Positions 56,143-64,000 of a stretch of 64,000 bases of DNA are shown in pieces (within the stretch, counting starts at the first letter, position 1; the number at the start of each line of letters is the position of its first letter). Under the pieces are notes generated by a model. It was not told where the DNA came from. It made no database searches and was given only the letters and a program-made list of their open reading frames with translations. The position numbers and the translations under genes are program-made. The stretch comes from Syncephalis fuscata S228 (lineage: Eukaryota > Fungi > Zoopagomycota), in contig JAHLTZ010000045.1 in assembly GCA_025786725.1 (NCBI GenBank), positions 1 to 64,000 of the forward strand. Reading direction: 5' to 3'.

Positions 56143-57009
56143 TGTGATATAGAAAGATATGATGTAGATGACAGCTAGCTAAACAACAAATAAAAAGATG
56201 TTAAAGTGTAAAGAAACACTTCAATATACGCGGCATCATTCTTCATTTATATATTGCTGAAGTATAGCCCGTATAGCAAGTAATAAATTGGGATTTTTAC
56301 ACCGAAATACCGAGTTTACCAAATGTCCAGCATTGACGATAATAATCGCTTAAGGCACAAACAAGTTTTATTTTAAAGCCAAATGACATACAGGTCTTTA
56401 CTAATTAACCAACCAGGACCGCGCATTTTCATTTGCTGATACCGTATTAATTTAAATAAATACGATTAGTTGTTAGCAATAAACAAAATTAAAAATTAAC
56501 ATTTATATATTCTTTTTTAAATGTCGTTAATTGATAATAATTGCATGTATTTCGGACTTTGAATTACTTGCCTGACAATATTTTCATTAACATTTATTAT
56601 TTTATCTATCAAACACTCATCGTATAAATATTCATATAAAATAGCACAATATACACATAGGAGTAATGCAAATGTAAATTATCGTTGTCTACTTTATTAG
56701 TATAGCAATATCATTATGCTAAATAGACAACCAGTATGTGATTTAACACTTTTCACTGATCAAGCAAACATTTTTACAATTTATTTTTAATTTAATATCT
56801 ACTCTGGAAATTTTTATTATTCAAGTAAACTGTCATTTCAAACACATTAATTTTGACAGCAATTGCCATTAAACAAGGTTATAAAACTAATGATTTTCAA
56901 AGCTTATAACAGTGTTAATAGCTATATATAATTAGTGATAGCCACAAACAGGCTATTAGCCTGTTTTGGTTGTATTTATATTAACGGCAGCACTATAAAT
57001 ATTATTATG

Positions 57010-57928
57010 TCAATTCATTGCCAAGTTGCTGGAGTCATTGTTTGTACGTTTTTTTGTACCATAGCTCACGAGTATTGTTGATGTAATATACCTAGATAGG
57101 TTCTAGCAATGTTTTGGATAATACAAGTTACTTACCAATCAACGATATAAAAAGTCCTTGAGAAAAGTCCTCCCATCTCAAGAAGAATAATGAAACACAT
57201 ATTAGGTTACAAGAAATTACCAAACACATGGCCTGTATACCGTCATGGGCCAATTTTCTCCATGCGTCAGAGCCGTACCTTTTATACTGCTTGTAGGCCA
57301 TAGTACTAAAAATTCCCGAAAAAAGTATATTGCTAGGAATCATCATACCGATCCAGTACCATAAAACAATAGAATGCTGGTTAAAAGTACAACCAAATTG
57401 TCCATCCAATGTAACATATGACCATCCGTATGCAATAATAAAAAAGAAAAATTGCGGCAGAATGCAAATAGCGCCGCAAATAGCCACCCAGCGTTGCGAC
57501 AACAACACAAGATAAGCTTTGTAAAGTATAACAATGCTGTTAAAAAACATCGAAAAGCCTATACTTGCCATAGTATACCAAACAGTTATTCTACAATTCA
57601 TATGGCTTGTTAGTGCTGCTACACTAAATAGTATAACATTTCCAATGCCTAAAAACGACGGCAGGAAATAGCACAAATCAAAAACGCTATAAGGCTGCGT
57701 TCTGATATGCCGGAATAAATGTATCAGATTGTAAGCAAAAAATGGCCCAAGCATAGCGAGAAATGCCAGCTGGCCATATAATCCTTTCACTCGATACCAT
57801 GCTTCAAATCTAGACGTTTCATCGCTATTTGATCTTGTATTTACAAAGCTAAAAAAATCCATTTCACCGGACGGATGCAGTGGAATACCAAACAGCCTAG
57901 TCGCGTTTAACCTCCATTCATCCGCCAT
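57010..57928 (-). CDS. 7TM-like family member (tandem copy A)
   Basis: NATRLFGIPLHPSGEM, multiple TM helices, LYKAYLV, AWRKLAHDGIQAM. Frameshift near 57180. Confidence 0.8.
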
Positions 57929-58784
57929 ATCCTAATGTTATATCTAATTTTAGATTGAATGGCAAAGTAGCTACAAAGTATTACGTATTTAAAGAATTAA
58001 GAAAATACACAACATAAGAGATAGGATCTAAGGCGGATCAAAGAGAATAAAACGCACGGCTTGCAGTAACCGGTTTTAGTATAAATAGAACTTACTACAC
58101 GTAAAAAATTACCTAAAACATTATAAATAATAATACGTGTTATATTCTAAAACCATAAAATTGCTACTGCCATTAACTACTTAAACGCTTGTCTTCAAAT
58201 TGTGGTTATATGTATATACTGCAAATACCTAACGCGGGCATCAGCTCATAGAATTTGTTATAGCATATAATTTTCTATATTATTTGTTATTTTTCTTTTC
58301 TTTCGTTTATCACTCTTATTTTATCGTCCCATTTAGCTATTTGCTTTTAATAAAACTCAAATGAGGCAACATAAAAGCATACACCAATGTAAGGCACCAG
58401 AGAAGCTCAACAATTTTACAAGCTTCTTTATTTTTTATTGTAAAACTACTTATGAAAACTTGTGTATCTATCGGTTTATAGATAGACAAAGCCTACAGCA
58501 ACATACAATCCACTAGCGCCAACACATTATTATTAATAAAAGCGAAACTATTTGCTTTGACCGTATTATCTATTGTTTACAGTTTATCATATATACATTA
58601 AATAGAATCTATATTGTTGCGCTGAATATCAAGCAGCCTAATTGTTTTACATCATGACCATTTGTAGATCAAATACCACTATTCTATAAATTACTGTTGG
58701 CATACAAGTAGCTTGGATATATAGTAGTTAATTAATCAATTATGCTACGCAATAAATTGTTAAAGCCTATAATAACTTTAATAA

Positions 58785-59795
58785 CTATAAATAGCTGGTA
58801 ATGGTTGCAAACCGGCTAGAATAGTCTGTTTTGGTTGCATTTATATCAGCATCAGCACTGCGGATCTTATTTTGAGCATTCATTGTCAAGTTGTTGGAAT
58901 CATTGCTTGTACGTTTTTTTGTACCATAGTTCACAAGTATCGTTGATGTGATATACCTAGACAAAATGTTAATTGCGTTTTAGATGATATAGAGTACTTA
59001 CCAATCAACAATATAAAAAGTTTTTGATAGGGGCCCTCCAACTTCAGAAAGGATAATGAAACAGCATATTAGGTTACAGAAAATTACCAAGCACATGGTC
59101 TGTATACCGTCGTGAGCTAATCTTTTCCATGCTTCAGATCCATATCTTTTATATTGCTTATGGGCCACAGTACTAAAAATGCCTGAAAAAAGCACATTGC
59201 TAGGAATCATCATACCAATCCAGTACCATACAACAATAGGCTGGTCATTAAAAGCGCAACCAAACTGTTTCTCCAATGTAACATATGACCATCTGTATGC
59301 AATAATAAAAAAGAAAAACTGTGGAAGAATGCAAATGGTGCCGCAAATGGCTAACCAGCGTTGCGACAACAATATAAGGTAGGCCTTGTAAAGTATAACA
59401 ATGCTGTTAAAAAACATCGAAAAGCCTATACTTGCCATGATGCACCAAACATGTATTCTGCAATTCAGATGGTTGGTTATTGATGCCGTAATAACTAGTA
59501 TAGTATTCCCAGTGCCTAAAAAAGACGGCAGAAAGTAGCACAAATCGAAAACACTGTATGGCTGCGTTCTGATATGTCGTAATAATCGTATCATATTGGA
59601 AGCAAACAAAGGTCCCAACATGGCAGTAAACACCAGTTGGACATGAATTCCTTTCATTCGATGTCGAGCTTCGACTTGAATCATTTCGTCGCTATTTGAT
59701 CTTGCATTGACAAAACTAAAAAAATCCATCTCACCGGACGGATACAATGGAATACCAAACATCTTGGTTGCATTTACTTTCCATAGTTCATCCAT
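58785..59795 (-). CDS. 7TM-like family member (tandem copy B)
   Basis: Close paralog of 57010-57928 with the same intron after the ..DW codon. Confidence 0.8.
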
Positions 59796-60126
59796 ATTCT
59801 AAAGCTATATCTAAGTATAAATTGACCGACAAATTAATTTAAAAAAATAGCGTATATTTAAAGAATTAAAAAGGTATAGCTTAAAACAAAGGACTCTAAG
59901 GCAAACTGAGGTGAATAAAATGCATGGTTTGCAGTAACCGGTTTTAGTATACCTAGTACAGATTTCATGTAAAAAGCCGTTTTTTACAAACCATAAACAA
60001 TAAACTGAAGTGCGTGTTATTTATATTTTAGAATTATTAATAGCATGTTAAAAAATAGATTAGAAACAAAGACGGCATAAATAGCAATAATGCAATACTG
60101 TGTAAATGTAATGATGTATACATATT

Positions 60127-60366
60127 AAATTGTATGTAGTTCTAAAGACTATGAAATATAAACCTTATTATTGCTGTTATCATTTTCTTTTATTAATATC
60201 GAAAAATAAAAACTTTCATCCTTTACAGTATAAATATGCCACCTATTGTGGACTTATCTATTGTTCTTTGATCATTTTTGCTTGCTGGTTTATAACCTTT
60301 GGCGTGGGTGGGCGGGTGAAATACATAAGGTTTATATTTCATAGTCTTTAGAACTACATACAATTT
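60127..60366. repeat. DIRS 3' terminal extension/ITR and ICR: 42-bp perfect inverted repeat 60127-60168 / 60325-60366
   Basis: AAATTGTATGTAGTTCTAAAGACTATGAAATATAAACCTTAT and its reverse complement. Confidence 0.9.
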
Positions 60367-60529
60367 CCTTTCATTAATAAATTAATTTAAGGAAATCTTA
60401 GTAGTTCATTCAGACTACTCAATATAAACCTTATTATTGCTGATTACCAACGTAAATAAGTGCGACCACTTGAAACCACATAATAAATGACCATAAGTGT
60501 AAAGGAGAAGGGGATAATAATAATAATTT

Positions 60530-63463
60530 TTATCTTAGCACCAGATTAGTTATATTTATCTTGTTTAACCTGTCTCTTCTGTAGTGTTGATTGAATGTGC
60601 TGTATGATGTCCAATTTCCTAATGTTACAACATCATCTACGCTTACTCCTCTGTCAAGTGCTAGTGTTGATGATATCGATCGGATATTTGGTGTTGGTCT
60701 TAAATCTGTTGACAATCTAACTATATTTCTTAGCCATGTTGCAATAGTAGCATCTTTTAATTGTTTGTTCGGTGAAATACTGTGAACGAATAGTGAGGTT
60801 GGTACACGGTTTTTTGCTCTTGGATGATCACGAAGTGCAATAAAGGCTTTTACTGGGCAAAGTCGTTCATCGTATGTATTTGGATGTATAAATATATACT
60901 TATTAATGGTGTTATTGTTGCGTTTTTCTTTTGGTGCTACTATTGTTAGAGTTAAATTATCGTTTTGAATATGGCATTGTTGTAGATCTATACGATTGAG
61001 ATCTGAAGGGCGTAGAAAGGCCGCCATAGCTAATAAAAATGCTGTTTTTATGTTTAATTGGTTGAATTGTAAGATTTCATTATTGGTACGGACGTTATCC
61101 ATGGTGTTTGTTAGATTAATGGTTGGGCGATTGAATGGACGTGGTTTTGTAGATTTGTATTGGCGCATTAGTGTTTTTAAATGTTCATTGCTTCTAATCG
61201 AATTTGGATCTCTATGTAGATGTGTGATGGCCGCGCGATAAGTTTTCAGTGTGCTTGCGCTGTATTTTGCCGCGTTTACTTCTACCAAGAAATTTGCCAA
61301 ATCAATGGTACTAAATTCTGTAATTTCAATATCAAACTGCATGGCCCATTGGATGAATAAGTGTTGAGCGCGTATGTAAGATGCTTTCTTGGGGTCATGG
61401 AATTGGTACATTAAGTCTTCTACTGCTTGTTCACTGTAACCTAATTCTGTAAATTTGCGCTTCTGACTCTCCATACGGCTAGCTTCCAATGCTGGTTTGT
61501 CCAAGGTGACAGTGCGGAATGGGTGGTCAATTGTGTCGTTGTCATTGGATTGAGTATTATTGGCTGATGTATCGCCAGTTCCTGTAACATAGGGAACCAT
61601 AGGGCGGAAGGCCAGTATGGGGTGACGATTGTTGCTTGTTTGATTTGCTCTTGTTGAATCTTGAGCAGGCAACGTAGTATCAAGCTCCACGGTGGGTTGA
61701 GATATGGATTTCGGAATCTCTTCCATTGTATGGACATTGCGTCCGTGGCTATCGCTTGTGGATCCAGCTTCCATGATACATAAGATGGTAGTAGGTGGGA
61801 TGTTCTGTCCGCAAACAGATCTACGTCGTGAGGGCCCCATCGGCGTTGAATGTTGTTGAACACATTGTGTTTCAGTTGCCACAGGTTCTTGCGGTAAAAA
61901 TGGCGCGATGCGTAATCCGCTTGTTGGTTCTGTACACCCGGGATATGCTGTGCTTGAATGCGTAATTCGCGTTGTAGACACATCTGCCATATGGAGGTGG
62001 CTAGTTGGCTGAGTGGACGTGAACGAGTGCCGCCTTGCTTGTTTATGTAAGCCATGGCTGTTGTATTGTCTGTGCGAATCAGAACGGTGCAGTGGTGTAA
62101 CTTGGGGAATGCTTGTAGAGTGAGGTGGACGGCCTTTAGTTCTCTCCAATTGATTGAGTGAGCTGCTTCTTCGTGAGTCCATAGGCCTTGAACTGTCCTG
62201 TTGCGATAGACGCCTCCCCATCCTTCGTCGCTGGCGTCCACGAATATTGTCTGTGTCGGTGGTGACGACATTAGAGAGCGACCATTCCATTGTGTTAGGT
62301 TGTTGTTCCACCATAGTAATTCCTGCCTGCAGTCCTGTGGTAATGTTTGTGGCCTGTCCCATGATGTTGTATCGGTGACATGACTGTTTTTGAAGAACAT
62401 TAGGGCCTGTGTGTATAGATTGGCTGGAAAGATCGCTAAGGTCGCTGCTTTTATTCTCATGGTTAGACTGTGTATTAAACGTGGTGTGTGGGACGTACTG
62501 TTCAATACTGATTGAATGGATTTGCGCAGACTGCGTATCTTTTTGGATGGTAGACGTATGGTCATTGTATCCGTCTCTATCTGATAGCCAAGATGTTCCA
62601 GCTTCTGAGTAGGTGTTAGATGTGATTTGGCTAGTTTGACTATCCAGCCTAAAGACTTGAGTAGATCCAGCACAATGTTGGTGTTGTGTTGCGCTTGTTC
62701 TTTCGAGTTGGATATTATTATCCAGTCGTCCAGATATGCTGACACTCGAATTTGGCGTTGGCGTAACCATTTGAGTATTGGCTTGGTTAGTCTGGTGAAT
62801 ACCCATGGAACTACTGACAGACCGAATGGAGTCGTTCTGAATTGGAATGTTTGGCCTTCCCATCGAAAACGTAGGTATTGTCGAGACATTTTGTGAACTA
62901 GGATGTGCAGAAATGCATCCGAAATGTCTATTGATGTCAGATAGTCGTCTTTTCGTATTAATGATGTTACCTGCTGAATGGTTTCCATCTTGAATTTGGG
63001 TGGATCTATGAATGAGTTGAGAGCTTTCAGGTTGAACACCGGCCTGAAGTCGCCCGTTTTCTTCGGAATAACAAACATGCGGCTGCAAAAACCCGGCGTG
63101 TGAGGTGCTGGTTCTATAGCACGTTTTACAATGAGACTGTTGATTTCTTGCCTGAGTAACTGTCTCTGTTCGGCAGAGAATGGGACTGTAGGAAATTGAC
63201 GAGTGGTTAGAGGTGGATTTTTGTCGAAATGAATACGAAAACCTTCGCGTACAACCGAGTGTACCCATTTGCTGTTGGTTATGCGTTTCCAAATAGTGTA
63301 GAATTGGTGAAGGCGTCCTCCTACTGGCTGGTCTGTTGGGACTGGCTTTGGTTGTTGTTGCCGTTGTTGCCGTTTTTGTTCTGTCGTCTGTATCCATTGC
63401 CGTTGTTGTTGCGCCTGTTGTTGTTGTTGTTGTTGCTGTAATTGGATTTTTGTGACCCGCCAT
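60530..63463 (-). CDS. DIRS tyrosine recombinase ORF (N-terminal part overprints pol)
   Basis: AFLRPSDL, K..K, LCPV, NIRS (HxxR position), GNW and FNQHY catalytic pattern. Confidence 0.9.
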   Translation of the reverse strand: MAGHKNPITATTTTTTGATTTAMDTDDRTKTATTATTTKASPNRPASRRTPSPILHYLETHNQQQMGTLGCTRRFSYSFRQKSTSNHSSISYSPILCRTETVTQARNQQSHCKTCYRTSTSHAGFLQPHVCYSEENGRLQAGVQPESSQLIHRSTQIQDGNHSAGNIINTKRRLSDINRHFGCISAHPSSQNVSTIPTFSMGRPNIPIQNDSIRSVSSSMGIHQTNQANTQMVTPTPNSSVSISGRLDNNIQLERTSATQHQHCAGSTQVFRLDSQTSQITSNTYSEAGTSWLSDRDGYNDHTSTIQKDTQSAQIHSISIEQYVPHTTFNTQSNHENKSSDLSDLSSQSIHTGPNVLQKQSCHRYNIMGQATNITTGLQAGITMVEQQPNTMEWSLSNVVTTDTDNIRGRQRRRMGRRLSQQDSSRPMDSRRSSSLNQLERTKGRPPHSTSIPQVTPLHRSDSHRQYNSHGLHKQARRHSFTSTQPTSHLHMADVSTTRITHSSTAYPGCTEPTSGLRIAPFLPQEPVATETQCVQQHSTPMGPSRRRSVCGQNIPPTTILCIMEAGSTSDSHGRNVHTMEEIPKSISQPTVELDTTLPAQDSTRANQTSNNRHPILAFRPMVPYVTGTGDTSANNTQSNDNDTIDHPFRTVTLDKPALEASRMESQKRKFTELGYSEQAVEDLMYQFHDPKKASYIRAQHLFIQWAMQFDIEITEFSTIDLANFLVEVNAAKYSASTLKTYRAAITHLHRDPNSIRSNEHLKTLMRQYKSTKPRPFNRPTINLTNTMDNVRTNNEILQFNQLNIKTAFLLAMAAFLRPSDLNRIDLQQCHIQNDNLTLTIVAPKEKRNNNTINKYIFIHPNTYDERLCPVKAFIALRDHPRAKNRVPTSLFVHSISPNKQLKDATIATWLRNIVRLSTDLRPTPNIRSISSTLALDRGVSVDDVVTLGNWTSYSTFNQHYRRDRLNKINITNLVLR

Positions 63464-63519
63464 TTGCCGCTGACGGGCCTGAACGAAAAAACTGAGACTT
63501 GTGTGTCAGTTTGCGTGGT
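61441..63519 (-). CDS. DIRS pol: reverse transcriptase, RNase H, Dam-like methyltransferase domain
   Basis: VGGRL, FRPVFNLK, PFGL, YLDD; DAS/ELKA/DN/ADYASR RNase H; DLFA and NPPW methyltransferase motifs. The frame is open from 63519; first ATG at 63078. Confidence 0.92.
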   Translation of the reverse strand, partial: TTQTDTQVSVFSFRPVSGKWRVTKIQLQQQQQQQQAQQQRQWIQTTEQKRQQRQQQPKPVPTDQPVGGRLHQFYTIWKRITNSKWVHSVVREGFRIHFDKNPPLTTRQFPTVPFSAEQRQLLRQEINSLIVKRAIEPAPHTPGFCSRMFVIPKKTGDFRPVFNLKALNSFIDPPKFKMETIQQVTSLIRKDDYLTSIDISDAFLHILVHKMSRQYLRFRWEGQTFQFRTTPFGLSVVPWVFTRLTKPILKWLRQRQIRVSAYLDDWIIISNSKEQAQHNTNIVLDLLKSLGWIVKLAKSHLTPTQKLEHLGYQIETDTMTIRLPSKKIRSLRKSIQSVLNSTSHTPRLIHSLTMRIKAATLAIFPANLYTQALMFFKNSHVTDTTSWDRPQTLPQDCRQELLWWNNNLTQWNGRSLMSSPPTQTIFVDASDEGWGGVYRNRTVQGLWTHEEAAHSINWRELKAVHLTLQAFPKLHHCTVLIRTDNTTAMAYINKQGGTRSRPLSQLATSIWQMCLQRELRIQAQHIPGVQNQQADYASRHFYRKNLWQLKHNVFNNIQRRWGPHDVDLFADRTSHLLPSYVSWKLDPQAIATDAMSIQWKRFRNPYLNPPWSLILRCLLKIQQEQIKQATIVTPYWPSALWFPMLQELAIHQPIILNPMTTTQLTTHSALSPWTNQHWKLAVWRVRSANLQN

Positions 63520-64000
63520 CTAGCATCTTCAATCGCCTTGCGCTCAGCATGCTGCGAAGTGATTGAGTCGGTGAACGCCTTTGGGTCCATGGTATATCTA
63601 GCAGTATTACCAGTAATTGATGAATACGCTGGGTTAACTGCTTTTGCTGCTAGATTATTTCTGGCGTTATTTAGCGTGCCACATACATGTAATTGTAACG
63701 TTCTGATATCATTAAGTATGGCCATGTACCTCGGGCCTTCTTGTTCGGGGAGAGTTTTCATTAATTCATGGATGAGTACATCCAGTGGTCTGAATACTGC
63801 TGATGCCGCGTATTGTGCGTTCCTGTAGTTTTGGTCCTCCGCTTTCTGTGCAGCTGAAAAGAGCTTCTGTGCTTGTGGAATTGCTAACGGTGGTTTATAA
63901 GCTATACCTTCTATTGGTGGATATCTGTCTATAATCCTCTTTTTACTATCTTCTTCCAATGTTTCTGAGAAAAGATTTGTTTGGGCTAAAGACTCTACAG
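63321..64000 (-). CDS. DIRS gag-like ORF1 (5'-partial)
   Basis: FRPLD motif, N-rich basic C-terminus, located upstream of pol. Confidence 0.8.
   Translation of the reverse strand, partial: VESLAQTNLFSETLEEDSKKRIIDRYPPIEGIAYKPPLAIPQAQKLFSAAQKAEDQNYRNAQYAASAVFRPLDVLIHELMKTLPEQEGPRYMAILNDIRTLQLHVCGTLNNARNNLAAKAVNPAYSSITGNTARYTMDPKAFTDSITSQHAERKAIEDARPRKLTHKSQFFRSGPSAANGGSQKSNYSNNNNNNRRNNNGNGYRRQNKNGNNGNNNQSQSQQTSQ

Larger units (their letters stand above)
60127..64000 (-). mobile_element. DIRS1-type tyrosine-recombinase retrotransposon (5' end beyond the window)
   Basis: gag, RT/RNaseH/MT and YR ORFs overlap on one strand. The 3' terminus ends in TTT. Internal complementary region 60325-60366 is complementary to the terminal 42 bp. 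Confidence 0.95.

Overview
AT-rich, gene-dense eukaryotic DNA with short (~45-70 nt) spliceosomal introns. It is almost certainly from an early-diverging fungus; the expanded 7TM-like family and secreted kinase-like gene resemble Zoopagomycota such as Syncephalis (inference). Housekeeping genes: CAMK-like kinase, App1 phosphatidate phosphatase, Myb/SANT protein, MPPED-like metallophosphoesterase, Tof1/Timeless, MedA-like regulator, mitochondrial HisRS and ProRS, GPI10/PIG-B, METTL23-like methyltransferase and a Tim17/22-like protein. Accessory genes: two P450s, a questin-oxidase-like protein, a secreted pseudokinase, a knottin-like secreted protein, two copies of a secreted ricin-B lectin, and four members of a lineage-specific 7TM family in different states of decay. 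Many genes, including essential ones, carry single-base frameshifts, probably assembly indels. Structural features: a 1.49-kb foldback palindrome, a ~2.5-kb inverted duplication bracketing 12.4 kb, and the 3' part of an intact DIRS1-type tyrosine-recombinase retrotransposon. The most surprising item is absent from the ORF track: an intronless 49-aa beta-thymosin gene (44402-44551), a family classically known from animals. All exon models and family assignments were made by eye, with no database searches.
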